Source of the DNA: the human T2T-CHM13v2.0 reference genome, Homo sapiens
NCBI RefSeq assembly: GCF_009914755.1
Contig: NC_060942.1
Strand: one strand, 5' to 3'
Length of the DNA stretch: 64,000 bases
The notes below the pieces were generated by a model, which was not told the origin of the DNA, did no database searches, and saw only the letters and a list, made by a program, of their open reading frames with translations. The translations under genes and the position numbers were made by a program. This document shows, in pieces, positions 15,344-28,085 of this stretch. How positions within the stretch are numbered: position 1 is the first letter of the stretch; each line of letters starts with the position of its first letter.

Positions 15344-16304
15344 ATAGATCCAAGTCATGCCCTGTGTGCTCCTGGTTGATGGCCTTACTTTGAGAACCAC
15401 AGCCCTAGGCTACCCTGAAGGCCAAGTTTGCACTGTAACTTTTAGACTAGAAATTAATTTCCTTTTCATTTCCCTGTGAATTAGGATTCCTTAGAAAAAG
15501 CTCACAGGGCCCTTTCCCAATTCAGGATCTAGAATAGTGAGTAAAACCTGACCAAGAGAACAGTGTCCTTTCCTGTTCTGATAACCTTAACATTGATTCT
15601 GAAAGGTAAGCCTGCTCCCTTTGTGGGTAACCTACTACAAACTGAGGCAAGAAGTTTTCTCATATAAATGTTGACTATCCTGTACACTTAAAATAGTTTG
15701 TGGCCTAAAAACCCTAAAGAATGCCACTTTTCCCTACTGTGCCTATTTTATGAGGTGGGGAATAGTAGAAACATCAGGAATTTCAATAGCACAAAAGAGC
15801 TACTAATTACTTTTGATTGCTCTGGAAATGTGAGAAGTCACCCACCATAACATTCCTCTTGAGAGCGAGCAGGGTAGAAAGGGGATTTGGGGCCACTGTA
15901 TGATATAACAGATCTTTTCAGCTCACTAGGGTATGGTAATGCATCGAGTCATAAAGAAGTGGTTGAAAAGTGGAACAGATTTCCACCTCTCTAACTGGGA
16001 CGTTATCCCACTGTCTAACGCTTGTGAAGGAAGGTGTATCAGTGCGGACATTATCTGCCTCCTGTGTAAGTTCGTTCTGAGCCTACTGGGGAAGAAATTT
16101 AGGCCAGATCTACCTTGGGGGAAATCAAGATTCCATTAGAATATCCCTTATGCCAGGAATGGGAGTTAAAAGCATTCCTCTTATGAGGCTTGAGTGAAGT
16201 GGAGGTAGAGGGTGCAATCATGTCCAGTACAATTCTAAGTATAAAGGTATATTTTCTTTTTGTACAACAAATGTGCTTTTAAAAATTTGGAAAATGAAAT
16301 TTTT

Positions 16305-16750
16305 TCATTTTATTTTTAGTTGACCATAATTGTACATCTATATGGGACACAAAGTAATATTTCAATCATGTATACAATGCGTAATGATTGTATACAATGT
16401 ATTATGATTATAATGTGTAATGATTGTAATTAACATGTCTACCACTTTGAACATTTATCATTTCTTTGTGTTATGAACGTTCAAAATTCTCTCTTCTAGC
16501 TTTTTGAAAATATACATTGTTGTTAACTATATTTACATAACTAAATTATATTTATATAACTAAAATGCTACAGAACACTATAACTCATTCCTCCCATTTG
16601 GCTGTAACTTATTGTTAACCAATCTCTCCTTATCCTTCCCTCCTGTCTTTCCAGCTTCTCACAACCACAGTTCTACTCTCCATTTCTATGTGTTCAATTA
16701 TTTTCTAGCTCCGACATATGAGTGAGAATATATGATATTTATCTCTCTGT
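16305..16750 (-). mobile_element. L1MA-type 3' UTR fragment
   Basis: aacatttatcatttctttgtg, ttctagctttttgaaaatatac, ctccgacatatgagtgagaata. Confidence 0.8.
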
Positions 16751-19700
16751 AGAAGTATCCATTTTAATGTCAGTAAAAGACATAGAAATAGCACGTATTA
16801 TAAAATGTACAGCTGGAATGATGGCTAAGATAAGAACATTATTTTTGTTTAGGTAAGCTGTGTTCAAGCAAGTTAGACACTTCCATATTAAAATTTTCAG
16901 ACTTAGAGAACATCATTTAATTAAGTGAATAATTTCGTCAAGTGTGTATCCATCAGAAAACTAAATCATTCATGAGGGGAGTGATGTAGGGTAGAACACC
17001 TAAAATTAATGTGATTTTTAAACCTGCCTATCTATACTTTTTTTTGTGAAGTCAATAAATAGGAAAAATAAGTAAGTAAACACGTAAAGAAATGTGGTCA
17101 CCTAGCACTGTGGCAGAGACTCTAGACTTTATTTACTAATTGTAGCCCCTATCCCTGGTCACTTGCCACTATATAGACGTTGTACATGCCGGATTTATTT
17201 TGAGGCGAATGCAATCATTTTGAAATGCCTAGTTTTCAAAGTAAAAATGTGTTCACGTTACAAAACCACTGTAGCAAGACATTTCTATTAAAAATAGTCC
17301 TGGTGCTTCTCTTTAATGCTTTCTAGACTGCTGTGTAACTCAGAGGGGCTGTGCGAAGCACATGGAGGCATTAGAGTAATCATTAAAGATCAAGGGATTT
17401 CCAATTATCCAGTCACACTTAGTAGACAATAGACTGAGATAAATGAAGCATGACTTGGCAGTTTCATATTCTGAATCAAATATTTTCAAGAGAATAAGAA
17501 AAAAAATGCCTGCACCTTATAAAAGATACAGACAATTGTCAATACATTTGAGAAAGAGGCTTATCAAAACTCTCCAGTAATTCTTTATTTCCAATTCTTT
17601 AACAGTTAATAGAAGATATTATATAAAATCTCTCCCTGTGATAAAGAATCCAGGGGTATATTTGCAAGACCATTTTCCACATTCTGATTCCAAAGCTGCT
17701 ATCCCAAAATAAGGTACATTTTAACCCTATCATTGGGAATCCAATAAAGCCTCAATTAACTGAGATTGTGTTTCTTCTGTGCTTAATTTTAGTAGAGAAA
17801 ATTCCAATACAATTAGCTGTAAAAAAGGATTTTTTTTACAAAAGAATAACTTTTCAAGGTATGTCCTGGGGTCAAATAGAGACCAATCTTCTTTATTCTA
17901 TATATGTACAACTATAACAGTGTACCTCAATCCTGAAGATTCCAAATGATTCCTACAAGGCACAGCAAGATGTTCACTCATCATAGAAAGATTCAATTAT
18001 GTTTGCTGGACAGCATCTGCTAAGGCATAAAGGGGGAATAATGTGTTTTAGGAATATTTCCAACAGCATTAGAGAAAGAAAAGGTACATGGCTGGGTGGT
18101 CTCATTGTTGTAAAGTGGTGAGCACAGTTCATTGCAGAGAAATGCAAAGCTCTCAGGAAATGTTTTAGTTACGTCATATTTAAAATAAAACATCGGTTAG
18201 TGTGAGTTAATTGGGACACAGGTAATCTTGGGACACAAGATTGCTTCTAGCTCTGTCTTTTCATTCTATGTATTGTTACCTGATTTTGGAAGACTTCATC
18301 GCCTCAGTCTATGAATGAAAAGAGCTTGTTTCAGTTTCTGAAGCCATATTGAATTCTTATCTAGGTTTCTGGCTCACCCATCAACAAGTATCCAGACAGT
18401 GGCATTAAGAAAATTGTGCTTGCCAATTTATTCAGATCCAACCAAAATTTATTGCATTCCTACTGTGTGCATGAGCCAAGAACATTTATGTATATTACAT
18501 AATGTAATCATTCAAAAATCATCTGAAACTTAACATTTTTAAGTCAGAAAATGAATCTTTGAGAAGAAAATTACAAAATAAATGGCAAATTAAGAACATG
18601 AAAGTTTTTAAAAAATTGATTACAATTGTGGCATTTGTTTCTCTATACTACTTACTGAAATATGGCATAATGGAACTTAGGCCAAAGAGCCTCATCTCAA
18701 CCAGGTTTCCTTTCCTGTTTAGTGTCTTTGGCCATTTCTCAATTCTAAAGGCTGAGGACTTCTCTCTTACTCAGCTCAGATAGTACCTAGAATATCCTCC
18801 CTGTATTCAGAATCACATCCATAATACATTGAGGTTTTCTGTGGTTCTTACTTTTATGAGCACACCATGGCTGAAACAGCCTTGCTTTAGCCCTTCAGTG
18901 CCTGTCAAAGGACGTTTACTGTTGCAGCTCTGCTCATTCCTTTGGTGAGACCTTGGTGCTGATCCACTCTTTTAAAGTGCACCCTTGGGAAAGAAGTTTG
19001 AACTGCCTTAGGTAAGTAAATCCTTATGCTCCTCTGGTTCATTGTGCATTCTCATAAATGGAGTCACTATTGTTGAAAGCCTTTTATAAACAGGAATAGT
19101 TCTGGAAGTTGATTATGTGAGAATGGTTAAGACAGTATCTCTAACTTCTATGAATGCATATAGAGTGCAAAATAATAACCCATAACTGCAACCTCTTAAG
19201 TGCTTTACTAAAAGCACATACGGAACACTATAAGAGGCATGTTATGATATGATTAATTCTAGTTAATAGAATTTCAAGAAGGGCTTCAGAGAAAAAGTGG
19301 CAATTTATTTACTCTTTGAAGAAGTAGTTGCTTTGGCCAGGTAGAAAAGAAGGGACAGAGCTGTGTAAGAAGAAATAATGACAAATTCAGGAGGCCTAAT
19401 GGGATGATTAGAGGGTTGGCCCATGGATTGGTTTGCAGGATCCTTCATTTCCTTTGATTTGGATCACAATTCAAGTCACTACAGACTGGTTGAGAAAAAT
19501 CCAAAACCTCTCTTGGGGAATCCCTTGTACTTTGGGCTTGAAGTCACTTGTAGAAGTAGAGTCCTTGGGGCAGCTGGACTTTCTATATTTTTGTGTAGTC
19601 AACAGCCATGTCTGTCATTAACTATTTTATATGTACTCTCCACCCAATTCCTGTTACAGAATAGTGAAAAGTGAACATTTATTAAAATAATTAGTATGCA

Positions 19701-20093
19701 AATAAAGCTAAATTCCCAAATGACTTTGTGAAAAACTCCTATTTTCTTTTTCCATCATTTGTTGTATATTCCAGTTGGTCACAGTTAAATTCTTGTTGGT
19801 TTCTAATTCTACTGATCAATATACCCAAATTTTAAAACATTTTTGGATAGTTTGTGTGTGATATATCCTTTGTATTTCATATTGGAACTGACCATCCATA
19901 TATTCCAGTCTGTTAAAAGCACAACTTAATCCTACAATGTCTTCCCTTCTTTGCATCAGAGAGGTCCAGGATTATTTACAAAATGTGGTCATGTGGGAGG
20001 AATATATGTTGTTCCCTGTTCCAGAATTGCACTTCATTAGGAACAAATGATGACACGTTGCTTGTTGAAAGTAGTTGATTTGTAAATGCCCCG

Positions 20094-20463
20094 AGTCTTA
20101 GTCAGTTCAGACTGCTAAAATGAAGTAGCATAGACTGGATGGCTTATAAACAAAAGAAATTTATTTCTCACAGTTCTGCAGGCTAGAAATCCAAGATCAA
20201 GATGACAACATTGGTTTGTTTCTAGCGGGGTGCTCTCGCAGGCTGCAGACTGCCAACTTCTCATTGTGTCTTCCCATGGCAGAAAGAGGGCAAGAGAGTT
20301 CTTTGGAGTCCCTATTATAAGGGTCCTAATTTCATTCATGTGGGTGCTTCATGCATGACCTAATTACTTCCCAAAGATATCATTTCATAATATCATCACA
20401 TTGGGAGATAGGATTTCAACATAGGAATTTTGGGGGTTCACACCCATTCGGACTCTTATACCA
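20094..20463 (-). mobile_element. MLT1A-like MaLR solo LTR
   Basis: ggcttataaacaaaagaaatttatttctcacagttctg...atcacattgggagataggatttcaacataggaattttggggg. Confidence 0.85.
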
Positions 20464-20597
20464 TGGAAACTATTGTAATTAGAGTTCTTATAAATGGAAG
20501 TTTTTTAAAAAAATATGTCTCACTTCATTTAGCATTATTTTCCAGATAATTAACCAGAATAGTATTAATTATATCTAGAATATTCAGAGAAAGAACT

Positions 20598-22500
20598 TTT
20601 TTAAAAATTTCAAATTTTATTGTAGGTTCAGGGTCTACATGTGCAGGTTAGTTACATGTATAGATTTTGTGTTGCTGGGGTTTTAAGTACAAACTATTTG
20701 ACCACCAAGGGAGTGAGCATAGTACTCAATTGGTAGCTTTTTGACTCTCATCCTCCTCCCACCCCTCCCCCTCAAGTAAGCCTCAGTTATTGTGTCTGTC
20801 TTTGTGTTCACGTATACTCAATGTTTAGCTCCCACTTATAATTGAGTACATGTGGTATTTGGTTTTCTGTTTCTGCATTAATTAACTTTGGGATAATGGC
20901 CTCCAGCTGTAACCAGGTTGTTGCAAAAGGTAAGATTTCATTCTTTTTAATGGCTATGTAGTATTCTGTGGTATATATGTACAGCACTTTCTTCATCCAA
21001 TTCACTGCTAATGGACATCTAAGGACATCTAAGGTGTCCATGTTTTTGCTACTGTGTATAGTGTTACAATGAACAACCAAGGGCATGTGTGTTTCTTTGG
21101 TAGAATTATTTATATCCCTTTGGATATATACCCAGTGATGGGATTGCTGGATCAAATGGTGATTCTGTATAAGGTTCTTTTAGAAATTTCCAAACTTCTT
21201 TCCACAATGTCTACATTAATCTATCTTCTCACTCGCAGTGTATAGGCATTCTCTTTTCTCTGCAACCTCACCAACATCACTTATTTTTGGACTTTTTATA
21301 ATAGCCATTTTGATTGGTGTGAGATGGTATCTCATTGTGGTTTTGACTTGCATTTCTCTAATGAGTAGTGATACTGGATTTTTTTTTATGTGCTTGTTGG
21401 CTGCGTGTATTTTTTTTCTTCTGAGAAGTGTCTGTTAATGTCCTTTGCCCATTTTTTAATGGGGTTGTTTTTTGCTTGTTGATTTGTTTAGATTAATGAT
21501 AGATTCGGGATATTAGACCTTTGTCAGACACATAGTTGGCAAATATTCCCCCACTGTGTAGATTGTCTGTTTACTCTGTTGATAGTTTCTTTCGCTATGC
21601 AGAAGCTCTTTAATTAGGTCCCATGTGTCTGTTTTTGATGCAATTGCTTTTGAGGACTTTGTCATGAAATCATTGCCAAGGCCTGTGTTGAGAAGGGTAT
21701 TTCCTAGGTTTCTTCTAGGATTTTTGTAGTTTTATGTCCTACATTAAGTATTTAATCCATATTGAGTTGATTTTTGTATATTATATAAAGAAGGGTTCCT
21801 GTTTTAACCTTCTGCATAAGGCTAGCCAGTTATCCCAGCACCATTTATTTAATAGAGTGTCCCTTCTCCATTGTTTGTTATTGTCAGCTTTGTCAAAAAT
21901 CAGATGGCTATAGGTATGCAGCTTTATTCCTGGGCTTTCTAACCTATTCAGTTGGTGTAAATCTCAGTTTTTGTAGCAGTACTACGCTGTTTTGGTTACT
22001 GTAGCCTTGTAGTATAGTTTGAAGTCAAGTAATGTAATCTCTCTAGCTTTATTCTTTTTGCTTAGGATTATCTTGGCTATTTAGGCTCTTTTTTAAATAT
22101 GAATTTGAAAATAGTCTTTTCTAGTTCTGTGAAGAATATTATTGGTAGTTTGATAGGAATAGCATTGAATATTTAAATTGCTTTGGATAGTATAGCAATT
22201 ATAACAATATTGATTCTTCTAATCCATGAGCATGGAATATTTTACCATTTGTTTGTGTTTCCTCTGATGTTTTTCAGCAGTGTTTCATAATTCTCATTGT
22301 GGAGCTCTTTCATCTCCCTGATTAGCTGTATTCCTAGGTGATTTATTCTTTTTGTGGCTGTTGTAAATAGGATTGCACTCTTCATCTGTTTCTCAGCTTG
22401 GATGTCATTGGTGTATAGAAATGCTGCTGATTTTTGTACATTTATTATGCATTGTGGAACTTTACTGAAGTTGTTTATCAGTTCTAGGAGCCTTTGGGCA
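20598..22500 (-). mobile_element. L1PA15/16-like LINE-1, non-inverted 3' segment (3' UTR plus ORF2 C-terminal part)
   Basis: L1PA-type 3' UTR from 20598. ORF2 remnants in the ORF track ([14 protein letters not shown]...[13 protein letters not shown]; EYYIAIKKNEILPFATTW). Confidence 0.93.
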
Positions 22501-23305
22501 CACAATAATAGTGGAAGACATCAACACCCCACTGGCAGTGTTAGATAGATTATTGAGGCAGAAAACTAACAAAGATATTTGAGACGTAAACTTGGACGCT
22601 TGACAAAATGAACCTAACAGACATCTACAGAATACTCTAAACAACAAAATACACAATCCTTTCATATGCACATAGCACATCTAAAACTGACCACTTACTT
22701 GGCAAAATCTCAACAAATTTCAAAAAACCTGAAATTATACCAACCACACCCTCAGAATACAGGACTATAAAAATAGAAATCAACCTGAGAAGATCTATGA
22801 AAACAATGCAATTACATGGAAATTAACATGCTCCTGAATGACTTTTGGGTAAACAATGAAATTAAGGCAGAAATTTAAAAGAATTATGTGAAACTAATGA
22901 AAACAAAGAAACAGCATGCCAGAATCTTTGGAACACAACTAAAACAGTGTTAAGGGAAAAATTTATAGTGCCAAATTCCTACACCAAGAAGTTAGAATGA
23001 CTTCAAATTAACAACCTAACATCACACTTAGAGGAACTAGGAAAAAAACAGGAGAAAACCGACCCCAAAGATAGCAGAAGAAAAGAAATAACCAAAATCA
23101 GAGCTGAGCTGAAACAAATGGAGACCAAAAATCCATATAAAAGATCAATGAAACCAATAGTTGGTTATTTGAAAAAATAAATAAGATTGACAGACCACTA
23201 GCTAGATTAATATAGAAAAAAAGAAGATCCAGGTAAACACAATTTGAAATATCAAAGGTAACATATCCACCAACTCCAAAGAAATACAAGAAAGCCCTCA
23301 GACAT

Positions 23306-25597
23306 TGTATTAGTCCATTCTCAATCAGCTGTAAAGAACTGCCTGAGGCTGGGTAGTTTATAAAAAAAGATATTTAATTGACTCACAGTTGTGCAGGGCT
23401 GGGGAGGCTTAAGAAATTTAAAAATCATGGAGGAAGGGTAAGCAAACACATCTTTCTTCACATGGTGACGGGAAGGAAAAGTGCTGAACAAAGCGGAAAA
23501 AGCCTCATATAAAACCATCAGATCTTGTGAGAACTCACTATCATGAGAACAACATGAGGGTAACCAAACACCATGATTCAATTATCTCCCACCAGTCTTT
23601 CCCATGATGCATGGGGATTATGGAAACTACAATTCAAGATGAGATTTGGGTGGGGACACAGCCAAACTGTATCATTCCTCCATGGCACCTCCCAAATCTC
23701 AGGTCCTCACATTTCAAAACCAATTATACCTTTCCAACAGTCCTCCAAAGTCTTAGCTCATTCCAGCATTAACTCAAAAGTTCAAGTCCAAAGTCCCAAC
23801 TGAGATAAGGTAAGTCCTTTCTTCCTATGAGCCTGTAAAATCAAAAGCAAGTTACTTTTTAGATACAATGGGGGTACAGGCATTGGGTAAATACACCCAT
23901 TCTAAGTGGGAGAAATTGGCCAAAACAAAGGGGACACTGGTTCCAAGCAAGTCTGAAATCCAATAGGAAAGTCATTAAATCTTAAAGTTCCAAAATGATC
24001 TCCTTTGATTCCATGTCTCACATCCAGGTCACACTGATGCAAGAGGTGGGCACCCATGGCCTTGGGCAGCTCCACCCCTGTGGCTTTGCAGGGTACAGCT
24101 CCCCTCCTGACAGCTTTCACAGGCTGGTGTTGAGTGTCTCTGGCTTTCCAGGTGCACAGTGTAAGATATGCCTGTGCACAGTGTAAGCTGTACCATTCTG
24201 GAGCCTGCAAGACAGTGGCCCTCTTCTCACCACTCTACTAGGCATTGCCCCAGTGGGGACTCTGTGTGGGGGCTCTGACCCCACATTTCCCTTCCATGCT
24301 GCTCTAGCAGAGGTTCTCCATGAGGGCTCTACCCATGAATCAAACTTCTGCCTGGACATCCAGGTGTTTTCCATACATCCTCTGAAATCTAGACGGAGGT
24401 CCCCAAACCTCAATTCTTGACTTCTGTGCTGCCACAGGATCAACACCATGTGGAAGCTGCCAAGACTTTGGGCTTGCAACTTCTGGAGCAATGGCCTGAG
24501 CTGTACCTTGGCCCCTTTTAGCCACGACTGGAGCTGAAGCAGCTGGGTTGCAAGGCACCCTGTCCTGAGGCTGCATAGAGCAGGGGGCCCCAGATCCCAG
24601 CCCAGGAAACCATTTTTCTCTCCTAGGCCTCCAGGCCTGTGATGAAAGGGGCTGTCCCAAAAATCTCTGACATGCCCTGGAGACATTTTCCCCATTGTCT
24701 TGGTGATTAACATTTGGCTCCTCATTACTTATGCAAATTCCTGCAGCAGCAGCTTGAATTTATCCCCAGAAAATGTTTTTTTTTCCTTTTCTATTGGATC
24801 ATGAGGCTGCAAATTTTCCAAACTTTTATGATCTGCTTCTTCTTGAATGCTTTGCCAGTTAGATATTTCTTCTGCCAGATACCCCCAATCATCTCTCTCA
24901 AGTTCAAAGTTCCACAGATCTCTGAGGCAGGGAAAAATGCCACCAGTCTCTCTGCATAGCAAGAGTGACCTTTACTCCAGTTCTCAACAAGTTCCTCGTC
25001 TCCATCTGAGACCACCTCATCCTGGACTTTATTGTCCATATCACTATCAGCATTTTGGTCAAAGCCATTCAACAAGTCTCTAGGAAGTTCCAAACTTTCC
25101 CACATCTTCTTGTCTTCTTCTGAGCCCTCCAAACTGTTGCAACTTCTGCCTGTTACCCATTTCCAAAGTTGCTTTCACATTTTTAGGTATCTTTACAGCA
25201 GTGCCCCACTACCTCAGTATCAATTTACTGCATTAGTCCATTCCCACGCTGCTACGAAGAGCTGTCCAAGACTGTGTAATTTATAAAGAAAAGAGATTTA
25301 ATTGGCTCACAGTTCCACAGGGCTTGGGAAGCGTCAGGAAACTTACAATCATGGTGGAAGGGGAAGCAAACAGATCCTTCTTCACATGGTGGCAGGAAGG
25401 AGAAGTGCTGAGCAAAGAGGGAAAAAGCCCCTTATAAAACCATCAGATCTCATGAGATCTCACTATCACAAGAACAGCATGGGGATAACTACCCCCATGA
25501 TTCAATTACTTCCCACTGGGTCACTCCCATGATGTGGGGATTATGGGAACTACAATTCAAGATGAGATTTGGGTGGGGCCACAGCCAAACCATATCA
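23306..25597 (-). mobile_element. Full-length THE1D-like MaLR element (LTR-int-LTR)
   Basis: LTRs at 23306-23674 and 25229-25597, internal region 23675-25228 with the MaLR ORF remnant MEGSEEDKKMWESLELPRDLLNGFDQNADSDMD. TSD not clean. Confidence 0.95.
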
Positions 25598-26457
25598 GAG
25601 ACTATTATGCATACCTCTATGCATGCAAAATTGAATAATTAGGAGACTGGACAAAATCCAGGAAACATAAAACTTTCCAAGATTGACCCAGGAAGAAATT
25701 TAAATCCTGAAAAGACCAATAATTAGTTCCAAAATTGAATTAGTAAAAAACAAAACAAAATGAACAAAACAAACAAAACACCTACCAACTAAAAAAAGCC
25801 CTGGATCATACTGATTCACAGCTGAATTCTACCAGACATAGAAGAGCTAGTACCAATCCTACTGAAATTGTTCCAAAAATTGACGAGGGACTTCTCTCAA
25901 ATTCATTCTATTAGACCAGCATCATTCTGATACCAAAACTTGGTAAGGACACAAGAAAAAAAGAAAACTTCAGACCAATGTCCCTGATGAACATAGTTGC
26001 AAAAATCCTAAACAAAGTACTAGTAATTTGAATCCAGCATCACATCAAAAAACTAATCCACCATGGTCATGTAAGCTTTATTGCTGGGATGCAAATTTAG
26101 TTCAACATTCACAAATCAATAAATGGGGTTTATCATATAAACAGAACTAAAACCAAAAACTACACACCCATCTCAATAGATGCAGAAAAAGCTTTTGAGA
26201 AAATTCAACATCCCTTCATCTTAAAATTCTCAACAAATTAGGCAGCAAAGGAGCATAACTCAAAAAAATAAGAGCCATCTATGACAAACTCACAGACAAC
26301 ATACTAAATGAGCAAAAACTAGAAGAATTCACCTTGAGACCCAGAACAAGACAAGGATTCCCACTATCACAATTCCTATCCAACATAGTACTGGAAATCT
26401 TAGCTGAAACAATCAGGCAAGTGAAAGAATTAAAAGGTATCCAAATAGGAAGAGAGG

Positions 26458-26606
26458 GGCTGGGCGCAGTGGCTCATGCCTGTAATCCTAGCACTTTGGG
26501 AGTCCAAGGCAGGCAGATGGCTTGAGCTCAGGAGTTCAAGACTGGGTAACATGGTGAAGCCCTGTGTCTGTCTGTCTCTGTCTGTCTGTCTCTCTCTCTC
26601 TATGTA

Positions 26607-26644
<38 letters not shown>

Positions 26645-26712
26645 GTATTTTATATATAGTATTATGTTTATATATAGTATTATATATATATATATATTCA
26701 CACAAACACACA
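26458..26712 (+). mobile_element. Alu left monomer (FLAM_C/AluJ-like) with a microsatellite tail
   Basis: ggctgggcgcagtggctcatgcctgtaatcc...aacatggtgaagccc to about 26565. 16-bp TSD caaataggaagagagg at 26442-26457 and 26713-26728. Confidence 0.88.
26565..26712. repeat. Compound microsatellite (TCTG)n(TC)n(TG)n(TA)n...(CA)n
   Basis: Read directly from the sequence. Confidence 0.95.
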
Positions 26713-27098
26713 CAAATAGGAAGAGAGGAATGATGTAATCTAGAATAGGAACCATGGAAATAAATAAAATAGGTATCATGTCATCTACAAAGATGACATG
26801 ATTCCATACCTAGAAAATCAGAGAAAGAACTGTTGCACGTCAATGAAGTTTCCAGAAAGCCAAAGCATGTCTTATGAAAACTGAATGATTTTATTTTCAG
26901 CAATTCTATATTTAAAAAACAACAAAACAACTTTTCAAAAATATATCATATGATATGTTGCCTTTTTAGAGTTTGATCATAATTTTGCCTTTCCTTTGTG
27001 ACTCAGTATTATTGTTATTGATATAAATTATTGTGCAGTCCTCAAATATAGTCGTTGTCATCTATGAAGTTCTGTTTCCCCCCAGATTAAAAGTCTCT

Positions 27099-27415
<317 letters not shown>

Positions 27416-27664
27416 TTATCTCTTTTTGTGTTTACTTGTAATCTGCTAGTTTCTGTCAAGTAAATTTTAATTCATTTCAACTAAAGCCAAAACAACAGAC
27501 ATTTAATAATTACCCCATATATCCTAGTTGCTGGGTTAAAGGCTGAGATTGCTGGAAAAATAAGAAATCCTATATTTCACTATCCTCTGTAACCCTCAGC
27601 AAATTATGAGGCAAGATATATTATGTTGTAACTTAAAATCCCCTTTATGATGTTAAATTTGAAA

Positions 27665-28085
27665 AGCTAGACACAGAAGACAAATACCCAAATACTACAT
27701 GATTTCACTCACATGTGGAATTAAACAAGCAAACAAAAAACGAAAACAAGAGACCACAGAAGCAGCGAGTAGTGAGTAGGGAAGGAAGCGGATGATGGGG
27801 AGAGGTTGGTCAATGGGTCCAAAGTTACAATTAGAGAGGAAGAATAAGTTGTGGGGCTCCATTGTAAAGTAGGGTGAGTGTGGTTAACAGTAAGGCATTG
27901 TACATTACAGAATAGCCCAAGGGGAGGCCTTTGAATGTTCTCACCATCAAGAAATGATACATGCATGAAGTGATGAATATGCTAAGTACCCTGATTTGAT
28001 CATTATACAACATATATATGTATTAATATATTAAATTGTACTTTATAAATATGTAAAATTGTAATGTGCCAATAAAAAATTTTAA
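27665..28085 (+). mobile_element. L1MA-type 3' end
   Basis: ttgaatgttctcaccatcaagaaatgat...accctgatttgatcattatacaa...aataaaaaa. Confidence 0.85.

Larger units (their letters stand above)
22501..26817 (+). mobile_element. Inverted 5' segment of the same L1 (ORF2 endonuclease to the RT ADD motif), interrupted by THE1D and an Alu monomer
   Basis: Begins cacaataatagtggaagac (EN region), contains [20 protein letters not shown], ends gatgacatgattccatacctagaaaa. 14-bp TSD tcagagaaagaact at 20584-20597 and 26818-26831. Confidence 0.92.

Noticed and set aside
20808-22680. ORFs with reverse-transcriptase-protein similarity
   Set aside because: Stop- and frameshift-riddled L1 ORF2 fragments; the element is dead.
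23902-25132. Overlapping 77-202 aa ORFs
   Set aside because: Frameshifted remnants of the THE1 internal ORF, not a host gene.
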